64,000 nt of DNA from assembly GCF_009914755.1 (NCBI RefSeq), contig NC_060933.1; one strand, written 5' to 3'. The notes beneath the pieces are model-generated. The model was given only the letters and a program-made list of their open reading frames with translations. It had not been told where the DNA came from and did not search any database. A program made the position numbers and the translations under genes. The DNA is from the human T2T-CHM13v2.0 reference genome, Homo sapiens. Shown in pieces: positions 1 through 11,480 of the stretch (within the stretch, counting starts at the first letter, position 1; the number at the start of each line of letters is the position of its first letter).

Positions 1-2338
1 CGGGTAGTTTCCATTCCATTCCATTCCATTCCTCTCCATTCCATTGCACTCGGGTTGATTCCATTCCATTGCATTCCATTCCATTCCATTCAATTCCATT
101 CCGTTCCATTCCATTCCATTACATTCGGAATTATTCTATTCAACTCCCTTACTCTCCATTACATTCCATTCCATTCGGGTTGTTCCATTCCATTCCATTC
201 CATTCCACTCCATTCCATTGCACTCGGGTTGATTCCATTCCATTCCATTCCATTCCATTCCGGAAGATTCCATTCCATTGCATTCCATTACATTCCATTC
301 CCCTGCACTCGCGTTGATTCCATTCCATTCCATTCCATTCCATTCCGTTCCTTTCCGTTCCATTCCATTCCATTCCATTCCATTCCGTTCCGTTCCGTTC
401 CGTTCCATTCCATTCCATTCCATTCTATTCGGGTTAATTCCATTCCATTCCATTCGATTGCAATCGAGTTGATTCCATTCCATTCTATTCCATTCCATTC
501 CATTCCATTCCATTCCATTCCTTTCCATTCCATTACGGATGATTCCATTCCATTGCATTCCATTCCATTCCATTCCCCTGTACTCTGGTTGATTCCATTC
601 CATTCCATTCCAATAAATGCCATTCTACTCGTGTTGATTCCATTCTTTCCATTCCATTCAAGTTGAATCCATTCCATTGCATTCCATTCCATTCCATTCC
701 CCTGCAGTCGGGTTGATTCCATTCCATTCCATTCCATTCCATTCCATTCCATCCCATTTCATTCCGTTCCGTTCCATTTAATTCCATTCCATTCTATTCG
801 GGTTAATTCCATTCCATTCCACTCCATTCCATTCCATTCCATTCCATTCCATTCCATTCCAATCGAGTTGATTCCATTCCATTCCATTCCATTCCATTCC
901 ACTCCATTCCAGTCCTTTCCATTCCATTCCACTCGGGTTGATTCCAATGTATTCCTTTCCAGTCCATTCCATTCCATTGCAATCGAGTTGATTCGATTGC
1001 TTTGCATTCCATTCCATTCCATTCCATTCCGGATGATTCCATTCCATTGCATTCCATTCCATTCCATTCCCCTGTACTCGGGTTTATTCCATTCCATTCC
1101 ACTCCATTCCGTTCCATTCCATTCCATTCCATTGTATTTGGGTTAATTCCATTCCATTCCATTCCATTCCATTCCATTCCATTCCATTTCAATCGAGTTG
1201 ATTCCATTCCATTCCATTCCATTCCATTCCATTCCATTCCAGTCCTTTCCATTCCATTCCACTCGGGTTGATTCCGTTCTATTAGTTTCCATTCCATTCC
1301 ATTCCCTTCCATTCCACTCTGGTTGATTCCATTCCTTTCGAATCCACTCGAATACATTCCCTCCTATTCCACTCGGAACGATTCCATTCCATTCCATTCC
1401 ATTCCATTCCATTCCATTCCATTCCATTCCATTTCTTTCCATTCCATTCTATTCCATACCATTTCATTCCATTCCATTCCATTCCATTCCATTCCATTCC
1501 ACTCGTGTTGATTCCATTCCTTTCCATTCCATTCGGTTTGAAGCCATTCCATTCCATTCCATTCCATTCCATTCCATTGTACTCAGGTTGATTCCATTCA
1601 ATTGCATTCCATTCCATTCCATTCCATTCCGTTCCATTCCATTCCATTACATTCGGATTGATTCTATTCAACTCCCTTACTCTCCATTACATTCCAATCC
1701 ATTCGGGTTGTTCCATTCCATTCCATTCCATTCCACTCCATTCCATTGCACTCGGGTTGATTCCATTCCATTCCATTCCATTCCATTCCATTCCATTCCG
1801 GATGATTCCATTCAATTACATTCCGTTCCATTACATTCCCCTGCACTCGCGTTGATTCATTCCATTCCATTCCATTCCACACCATTCCATTCCAATCCAT
1901 TCCATTCCATTCCATTCCATTCCATTCCGTTCCGTTCCATTCCGTTCCATTCCATTCCATTCTATTCGGGTTAATTCCATTCCATTCCATTCCATTCCAT
2001 TCTATTCCATTCCATTGCAATCGAGTTGAATCCATTGCATTCCATTCCATTCCATTCCATTCCGGAAGATTCCATTCCATTGCATTCCATTACATTCCAT
2101 TCCCCTGCACTCGGGTTGATTCCATTCCATTCCACTCCATTCCGTTCCATTCCATTCCATTCCATTGTATTCGGGTTAATTCCATTCCATTCCATTCCAT
2201 TCCATCCCATTCCATTCCATTACAATCGAGTTGATTCCATTCCATTCCATTCCATTCCATTCCATTCCAGTCCTTTCCATTCCATTCCACTCGGGTTGAT
2301 TCCATTCTATTAGTTTCCATTCCATTCCATTCCCTTCC
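1..2338 (+). repeat. Near-identical duplicated block, copy 1 (copy 2 at ~4575-6868)
   Basis: Shared rare variants in the same order: CGGAATTATT, CCAATAAATGCCATTCTACTC, GATTCGATTGCTTTGC, TTTCGAATCCACTCG, TGAAGCC, CTCAGGTTG, GTTGATTCATT. ORF track offsets 4574, 4524 and 4529. Confidence 0.9.
257..271. promoter_or_regulatory. Canonical 3-unit heat shock element ATTCC-GGAAG-ATTCC (first of ~46 intact copies)
   Basis: Exact match to nTTCn-nGAAn-nTTCn. Other copies start at 2059, 2574, 4831, 6588, 8936, 10675, 11746, 12554, 14072, 15430, 15989, 16653, 17452, 20262, 21917, 22601, 25012, 26522, 28929, 31033, 31860, 33534, 35123, 37645, 38769, 39773, 40822, 41092, 41770, 41835, 43079, 43144, 45614, 47376, 49594, 50049, 51573, 53419, 56055, 56928, 59005, 60661, 61525, 62893, 63268. 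The motif match is direct; occupancy is inferred. Confidence 0.6.
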
Positions 2339-4310
2339 AGTTCGTTCCATTCCGTTCTATTCCGTACCATTCCATTCCATTCCATTCCTTTCCATTCCAT
2401 TCCTTTCCACTCGTGTTGATTCCATTCCTTTCCATTCCATTCGGTTTGAAGAGATTCCATTCCATTCAATTCCATTCCATTCCATTCCATTCCATTCTAT
2501 TCCATTCTATTCCATTCCATTGCAATCGAGTTGAATCCATTGCCTTTCATTCCATTCCATTCCATTCCATTCCATTCCGGAAGATTCCATTCCATTGCAT
2601 TCCATTCCATTCCATTCCCCTGCACTCGCGTTGATTCCATTCCATTCCATTCCATTCCATTCCATTCCGTTCCGTTCCATTCCATTCCATTCCATTCCAT
2701 TCCATTCCATTCCGTTCCGTTCCATTCCATTCCATTCAATTCTATTCGGGTTAATTCCATTCCATTCCATTCGATTGCCATCGAGTTGATTCCATTCCAT
2801 TCCATTCCATTCCATTCCATTCCATTCCATTCCTTTCCATTCCATTACGGATGACTCCATTCCATTGCATTCCATTCCATTCCATTCCTCTGTACTCGGG
2901 TTGATTCCATTCCATTCCATTCACCTCCATTCGGTTCCATTGCATTCCATTCTATTGCATTCCATTCTATTCGGGTTAATTCCATTCCATTCTATTCCAT
3001 TCCATTCGATTCCATTCCATTGCAATGGAGTTGATTCCATTCCATTCCATTCCATTCCGGATGATTCCATTCCATTGCATTCCATTCCATTCCATTCCCC
3101 TGCACTCGGGTTGATTCCATTCCATTCCATTACATTACATTCCGTTCCATTCCATTCCATTCCATTCGGATTGATTTTATTCAATTCCCTTACACTCCAT
3201 TACATTCCATTCCATTCGGGTAGTTTCCATTCCTTTCCATTCCATTCCTCTCTATTCCATTGCACTCGGGTTGATTCCATTCCATTCCATTCCATTCCAT
3301 TTCATTCCATTCCATTCCATTCCATTCCATTCCATTCCATTCCATTGTAATCGGGTTGATTCCATTCCATTGCATTCCATTCCATTCCATTCCATTCCGT
3401 TCCATTCCATTACATTACATTCGGATTGATTCTATTCAACTCCCTTACTCTCCATTACATTCCATTCCATTCGGGTTGTTCCATTCCATTCCATTCCATT
3501 CCACTCCATTCCATTGCACTCGGGTTGATTCCATTCCATTCCATGCCATTCCATTCCATTCCATCCCGGATGATTCCATTCCATTGCATTCCGTTCCATT
3601 ACATTACCCTGCACTCCGGTTGATTCCATTCCATTCCATTCGATTCCATTCGATTCCATTCCATTCCAATTCGTTCCATTCCAATCTATTCCGTACCATT
3701 CCATTCCATTCCATACCATTCCATTCCATTCCATAGCATTCCATTCCATTCAATTCCATTCCATTACAATTCGTTCCATTCCATTCTATTCCGTACCATT
3801 CCATTCCATTCCATACCATTCCATTCCATTCCGTTCCATTCCATTCCATTCCATTCCGTTCCATTCCGTTCCATTCCATTCCATTCCATTCTATTCGGGT
3901 TAATTCCATTCCATTCCATTCCATTCCATTCTGTTCCATTCCATTGCAAACGAGTTGAATCCATTGCATTTCATTCCATTCCATTCCATTCCATTCCGAA
4001 AGATTCCATTCCATTGCATTCCATTCCATTCCATTCCCCTACACTCGCGTTGATTCCATTCCATTCCATTCCATTCCATTCCGTTCCGTTATGTTCCGTT
4101 CCGTTCCATTCCATTCCATTCCATTCCATTCCGTTCCGTTCCATTCCATTCCATTCCATTCTATTTGGGTTAATTCCATTCCATTCCATTCGATTGCAAT
4201 CGAGTTGATTCCATTCCATTCCATTCCATTCCATTCCATTCCATTCCATTCCATTCCTTTCCATTCCATTACGGATGATTCCATTCCATTGCATTCCATT
4301 CCATTCCTTT

Positions 4311-4459
4311 CCCCTGTACTCGGGTTGATTCCATTCCATTCCATTCCAATCCATGCCATTCCACTCGTGTTGATTCCATTCTTTCCATTCCATTCAAGTT
4401 GAATCCATTCCATTGCATTGCATTCCATTCGATTCCATTCGATTGCACTCGGGTTGATT
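4311..4459 (-). repeat. pHuR98-like Sat III module (suggests chr9q12 / HSat3B5-type subfamily); representative copy, recurs e.g. ~12020-12168, 16288-16436, 17746-17893, 40292-40440, 56380-56527
   Basis: The minus strand reads AATCAACCCGAGTGCAATCGAATGGAATCG...GGATTCAACTTGAATGGAATGGAAAGAATGGAATCAACACGAGTGGAATGGCATGGATTGG...CAACCCGAGTACAGG. This matches my recollection of the chr9 Sat III clone pHuR98; recalled, not aligned. Confidence 0.7.
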
Positions 4460-4515
4460 CCATTCCATTCCATTCCATTCCGTTCCATTCCATTCCATTC
4501 CGTTCCATTCCATTC

Positions 4516-4864
4516 CATTACATTCGGATTGATTCTATTCAATTCCCTTACACTCCATTACATTCCATTCCATTCGGGTAGTTTCCATTCCATTCCATTC
4601 CATTCCTCTCCATTCCATTGCACTCGGGTTGATTCCATTCCATTGCATTCCATTCCATTCCATTCAATTCCATTCCGTTCCATTCCATTCCATTACATTC
4701 GGAATTATTCTATTCAACTCCCTTACTCTCCATTACATTCCATTCCATTCGGGTTGTTCCATTCCATTCCATTCCATTCCACTCCATTCCATTGCACTCG
4801 GGTTGATTCCATTCCATTCCATTCCATTCCATTCCGGAAGATTCCATTCCATTGCATTCCATTA
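4516..4864 (+). repeat. Diverged ~175-bp dimer (modules A and B), representative copy
   Basis: CATTACATTCGGA...TTCTATTCAA(T/C)TCCCTTAC(A/T)CTCCATTACATTCCATTCCATTCGGGT(A/T)GTT at 4516 and 4691 (offset 175). The same A-B pair recurs at about 9.26, 12.24, 15.66, 19.08, 19.95, 21.59, 31.55, 40.51, 45.29, 53.09, 55.72 and 56.59 kb. Confidence 0.85.
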
Positions 4865-6868
4865 CATTCCATTCCCCTGCACTCGCGTTGATTCCATTCC
4901 ATTCCATTCCATTCCATTCCGTTCCGTTCCGTTCCATTCCATTCCATTCCATTCTATTCGGGTTAATTCCATTCCATTCCATTCGATTGCAATCGAGTTG
5001 ATTCCATTCCATTCTATTCCATTCCATTCCATTCCATTCCATTCCTTTCCATTCCATTACGGATGATTCCATTCCATTGCATTCCATTCCATTCCATTCC
5101 CCTGTACTCTGGTTGATTCCATTCCATTCCATTCCAATAAATGCCATTCTACTCGTGTTGATTCCATTCTTTCCATTCCATTCAAGTTGAATCCATTCCA
5201 TTGCATTCCATTCCATTCCATTCCCCTGCAGTCGGGTTGATTCCATTCCATTCCATTCCATTCCATTCCATTCCATCCCATTTCATTCCGTTCCGTTCCA
5301 TTTAATTCCATTCCATTCTATTCGGGTTAATTCCATTCCATTCCACTCCATTCCATTCCATTCCATTCCATTCCATTCCATTCCATTCCAATCGAGTTGA
5401 TTCCATTCCATTCCATTCCATTCCATTCCACTCCATTCCAGTCCTTTCCATTCCATTCCACTCGGGTTGATTCCAATGTATTCCTTTCCAGTCCATTCCA
5501 TTCCATTGCAATCGAGTTGATTCGATTGCTTTGCATTCCATTCCATTCCATTCCATTCCGGATGATTCCATTCCATTGCATTCCATTCCATTCCATTCCC
5601 CTGCACTCGGGTTGATTCCATTCCATTCCACTCCATTCCGTTCCATTCCATTCCATTCCATTGTATTTGGGTTAATTCCATTCCATTCCATTCCATTCCA
5701 TTCCATTCCATTCCATTCCATTTCAATCGAGTTGATTCCATTCCATTCCATTCCATTCCATTCCATTCCATTCCAGTCCTTTCCATTCCATTCCACTCGG
5801 GTTGATTCCATTCTATTAGTTTCCATTCCATTCCATTCCCTTCCATTCCACTCTGGTTGATTCCATTCCTTTCGAATCCACTCGAATATATTCCCTCCTA
5901 TTCCACTCGGAACGATTCCATTCCATTCCATTCCATTCCATTCCATTCCATTCCATTCCATTTCTTTCCATTCCATTCTATTCCATACCATTTCATTCCA
6001 TTCCATTCCATTCCATTCCATTCCATTCCACTCGTGTTGATTCCATTCCTTTCCATTCCATTCGGTTTGAAGCCATTCCATTCCATTCCATTCCATTCCA
6101 TTCCATTGTACTCAGGTTGATTCCATTCAATTGCATTCCATTCCATTGCATTCCATTCCGTTCCATTCCATTCCATTACATTCGGATTGATTCTATTCAA
6201 CTCCCTTACTCTCCATTACATTCCAATCCATTCGGGTTGTTCCATTCCATTCCATTCCATTCCACTCTATTCCATTGCACTCGGGTTGATTCCATTCCAT
6301 TCCATTCCATTCCATTCCAGTCCATTCCGGATGATTCCATTCAATTACATTCCGTTCCATTACATTCCCCTGCACTCGCGTTGATTCATTCCATTCCATT
6401 CCATTCCACACCATTCCATTCCAATCCATTCCATTCCATTCCATTCCATTCCATTCCGTTCCGTTCCATTCCGTTCCATTCCATTCCATTCTATTCGGGT
6501 TAATTCCATTCCATTCCATTCCATTCCATTCTATTCCATTCCATTGCAATCGAGTTGAATCCATTGCATTCCATTCCATTCCATTCCATTCCGGAAGATT
6601 CCATTCCATTGCATTCCATTACATTCCATTCCCCTGCACTCGGGTTGATTCCATTCCATTCCACTCCATTCCGTTCCATTCCATTCCATTCCATTGTATT
6701 CGGGTTAATTCCATTCCATTCCATTCCATTCCATCCCATTCCATTCCATTACAATCGAGTTGATTCCATTCCATTCCATTCCATTGCATTCCATTCCAGT
6801 CCTTTCCATTCCATTCCACTCGGGTTGATTCCATTCTATTAGTTTCCATTCCATTCCATTCCCTTCCA
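4575..6868 (+). repeat. Near-identical duplicated block, copy 2 of 1-2338
   Basis: Starts CGGGTAGTTTCC exactly as position 1. Differs from copy 1 mainly by whole-pentamer indels. Confidence 0.9.
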
Positions 6869-9800
6869 TTCCACTCTGGTTGATTCCATTCCTTTCCATT
6901 CCACTCGAATACATTCCCTCCTATTCCACTCGGAACGATTCCATTCCATTCCATTCCATTCCATTCCATTCCATTCCATTCCATTCCATTCCATTCCGTT
7001 CCATTCCATTCCATTCCATTCCATTTCGTTCCATTCCATTCTATTCCGTATCATTCCATTCCATTCCATTCCATTCCATTCCATTCCATTCCACTCGTGT
7101 TGATTCCATTCCTTTCCATTCCATTCGGTTTGAAGGCATTGCATTCCATTCCATTCCATTCCATTCCATTCCATTCCATTCCGTTCCGTTCCGTTCCGTT
7201 CCATTCCATTCCATTCCATTCCGTTCCGTTCCATTCCATTCCATTCCATTCCATTCCATTCGGGTTAATTCCATTCCATTCCATTCGATTGCAATCGAGT
7301 TGATTCCATTTCATTCCTTTCCATTCCATTCCATTCCATTCCTTTCCATTCCATTACGGATGATTCCATTCCATTGCATTGCATTCCATTCCATTCCCCT
7401 GTACTCGGGTTCATTCCATTCCATTCCTTTCCAATCCATGCCATTCCACTCGTGTTGATTCCATTCTTTCCATTCCATTCAAGTTGAATCCATTCCATTG
7501 CATTGCATTCCATACCATTCCCCTGCAGTCGGGTTGATTCCATTGCATTCCATTCCAATCCATTCCATTCCATTCCATTCCGTTCCGTTCCGTTCCATTC
7601 CATTCCATTCCATTCTATTCGGGTTAATTCCATTCCATTCCATTCCATTCCATTCCATTCCAATCGAGTTGATTCCATTCCATTCCATTCCATTCCATTC
7701 CATTCCATTCCATTCCACTCCATTCCAGTCCTTTCCATTGCATTCCACTCGGGTTGATTCCAATGTATTCCTTTCCATTCCATTCCATTCCATTGCAATC
7801 GAGTTGATTCCATTGCTTTGCATTCCATTCCATTCCATTCCATTCCGGATGATTCCATTCCATTGCATTCCATTCCATTCCATTCCCCTGCACTCGGGTT
7901 GATTCCATTCCATTCCACTCCTTTCCGTTCCATTCCATTCCATTCCATTGTATTCGGGTTAATTCCATTCCATTCTATTCCATTCCATTCCATTCCAATC
8001 GAGTTGATTCCATTCCATTCCATTCCATTCCATTCCATTCCATTCCAGTCTTTTCCATTCCATTCCACTCGGGTTGATTACATTCTAATAGTTTCCTTTC
8101 CATTCCATTCCCTTCCATTCCACTCTGGTTGATTCCATTCGTTTCCATTCCACTCGAATACATTCCCTCCTATTCCACTCGGAACGATTCCATTCCATTC
8201 CTTTCCATTCCATTCCATTCCATTCAATTCCATTTCGTTCCATTCCATTCTATTCCGTATCATTCCATTCCATTCCTTTCCATTCCATTCCATTCCATTC
8301 CATTCCACTCGTGTTGATTCCATTCCTTTCCATTCCATTCGGTTTGAAGGCATTCCATTCCATTCCATTCCATTCCATTCCATTCCATTCCATTGTACTC
8401 GGGTTGATTGCATTCCATTGCATTCCATTCCATTCCATTCCGTTGCATTCCATTCCATTACATTCGGATTGATTCTATTCAACTCCCTTACTCTCCATTA
8501 CATTCCATTCCATTCGGGTTGTTCCATTCCATTCCATTCCATTCCACTCCATTCCATTGCCCTCGGGTTGATTCCATTCTATTCCATTCCATTCCATTCC
8601 ATTCCATTCCGGATGATTCCATTCCATTGCATTCCGTTCCATTACATTCCCCTGCACTCGCGTTGATTCCATTCCATTCCATTCAATTCCATTCCATTAC
8701 AATTCGTTACATTCCATTCTACTCCGTACCATTCCATTCCATTCCATACCATTCCATTCCATTCCATTCCATTCCATTCCATTCCGTTCCATTCCGTTCC
8801 ATTGCATTCCATTCCATTGTATTCGGGTTAATTCCATTCCATTCCATTCCATTCCATTCTATTCCATTCCATTGCAATCGAGTTGAATCCATTGCATTCC
8901 ATTCCATTCCATTCCATTCCATTCCATTCCATTCCATTCCGGAAGATTCCATTCCATTGCATTCCATTCCATTCCATTCCCCTGCACTCGCGTTGATTCC
9001 ATTCCATTCCATTCCGTTCCGTTCCATTCCATTGCATTCCATTCCATTCCATTCCATTCCGTTCCTTTCCATTCCATTCCATTCCATTCTATTCGGGTTA
9101 ATTCCATTCCATTCCATTCGATTGCAATCGAGTTGATTCCATTCCATTGCATTCCATTCCATTCGATTCCATTCGATTGCACTCGGGTTGATTCCTTTCC
9201 ATTGCATTCCATTCCATTCCATTCCATTCCATTCCATTCCATTCCGTTCCATTCCTTTCCATTATATTCGGATTGATTCTATTCAATTCCCTTACACTCC
9301 ATTACATTCCATTCCATTCGGGTAGTTTCCACTCCATTCCATTCCATTCCTCTCCATTCCATTGCACTCGGGTTGATTCCATTCCATTGCATTCCATTCC
9401 ATTCCATTCAATTCCATTCCTTTCCATTCCATTCCATTACATTCGGAATGATTCTATTCAACTCCCTTACTCTCCATTACATTCGATTCCATTCGGGTTG
9501 TTCCATTCCATTCCATTCCATTCCACTCCATTCCATTGCACTCGGGTTGATTCCATTCCATTCCATTGCATTCCATTGCGGAAGATTCCATTCCATTGCA
9601 TTCCATTCCATTCCATTCCCCTGCACTCGCGTTGATTCCATTCCATTCCATTCCATTCCATTCCATTCCATTCCATTCCGTTCCGTTCCATTCCATTCCA
9701 TTCCATTCAATTCCATTCCGTTCCGTTCCATTCCATTCCATTCCATTCTATCTGGGTTAATTCCATTCCATTCCATTCCATTCAATTCCATTCCGTTCCG

Positions 9801-9869
9801 TTCCATTCCATTCCATTCCATTCTGTTCGGGTTAATTCCATTCCATTCCATTCCATTCCATTCCATTCC

Positions 9870-11480
9870 ATTCCAATCGAGTTGATTCCATTCCATTCCA
9901 TTCCATTCCATTCCACTCCATTCCAGTCCTTTCCATTCCATTCCACTCGGGTTGATTCCAATGTATTCCTTTCCATTCCATTCCATTCCATTGCAATCGA
10001 GTTGATTCCATTGCTTTGCATTCCATTCCATTCCATTCCATTCCGGATGATTCCATTCCATTGCATTCCATTCCTTTCCATTCCCCTGCACTCGGGTTGA
10101 TTCCATTCCATTCCACTCCATTCCGTTCCATTCCATTCCATTCCATTGTATTCGGGTTAATTCCATTCCATTCCATTCCATTCCATTCCATTCCATTCCA
10201 TTACAATCGAGTAGATTCCATTCCATTCCATTCCATTCCATTCCAGTCCTTTCCATTCCATTCTTCTCGGGTGGATTCCATTCTATTAGTTTCCATTCCA
10301 TTCCATTCCCTTCCATGCCACTCTGGTTGATTCCATTCCTTTCCATTCCACTCAAATACATTCCCTCCTATTCCACTCGGAACGATTCCATTCCATTCCA
10401 TTCCATTCCATTCCATTCCATTCCATTCCATTCCATTCCATTCCAGTTCGTTCCATTCCGTTCTATTCCGTACCATTCCATTCCATTCCATTCCTTTCCA
10501 TTCCATTCCTTTCCTCTCGTGTTGATTCCATTCCTTTCCATTCCATTCGGTTTGAAGGCATTCCATTCCATTCAATTCCATTCCATTCCATTCCATTCCA
10601 TTCCATTCTATTCCATTCCTTTGCAATCGAGTTGAATCCATTGCCTTTCATTCCATTGCATTCCATTCCATTCCATTCCGGAAGATTCCATTCCATTGCA
10701 TTCCATTCCATTCCATTCCCCTGCACTCGCGTTGATTCCATTCCATTCCATTCCATTCCATTCCGTTCCGTTCCATTCCATTCCATTCCATTCCATTCCA
10801 TTCCATTCCGTTCCGTTCCATTCCATTCCATTCCATTCTATTCGGGTTAATTCCATTCCATTCCATTCGATTGCCATCGAGTGGATTCCATTCCATTCCA
10901 TTCGATTCCATTCCATTCCATTCCATTCCATTCCTTTCCATTCCATTACGGATGACTCCATTCCATTGCATTCCATTCCATCCCATTCCCCTGTACTCGG
11001 GTAGATTCCATTCCATTCCATTCCACTCCATTCGGTTCCGTTGCATTCCATTCTATTGCATTCCATTCTATTCGGGTTAATTGCATTCCATTCTATTCCA
11101 TTCCATTCCATTCCATTCCATTGCAATGGAGTTGATTCCATTCCATTCCATTCCATTCCGGATGATTCCATTCCATTGCATTCCATTCCATTCCACTCCC
11201 CTGCACTCGTGTTGATTCCATTTCCTTCCATTCTATTCCATTCCGTTCCATTCCATTCCATTCCATTCTATTCCGGTTAATTCCATTCCATTCCATTCCA
11301 TTCCATTCCATTCCATTCCATTACAATCGAGTTGATTCCATTCCATTCCTTTCCATTCCATTCCATTGCCTTGCATTCCACTCGGGTTGGTTCCATTCCT
11401 TTCTTTCCTCTCCATTACATTCCCTTCCATGATTGATTCCATTCCATTCCATTCCATTTCATTCCATTGCAATCCATTCC
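9870..11480 (+). repeat. Dispersed duplicated block, homologous to ~24210-25830 (offset ~14337)
   Basis: Same module order. ORF offsets 10016/24353 and 10632/24969 are both 14337. Both share a 12-bp deletion giving CTTCCATGATTGATT. Confidence 0.8.

Noticed and set aside
612-617. AATAAA on the + strand (also 5136-5141)
   Set aside because: A single private variant duplicated with its block, on the C-rich strand, with no upstream gene or downstream GU-rich element evident.
1346-1380. Complex-looking island ACTCGAATACATTCCCTCCTATTCCACTCGGAACG as a possible foreign insertion
   Set aside because: It stays in pentamer register, is derivable from CATTC/ACTCG units, and recurs many times as a standard module.
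9441-9455. Other GAA-containing variants (ATTCGGAATG, CTCGGAACG, TTTGAAGGC, TTCGAA) as additional HSEs
   Set aside because: The GAA is out of phase with the flanking TTC units (spacing is not 2 bp), so they do not fit nTTCnnGAAn.
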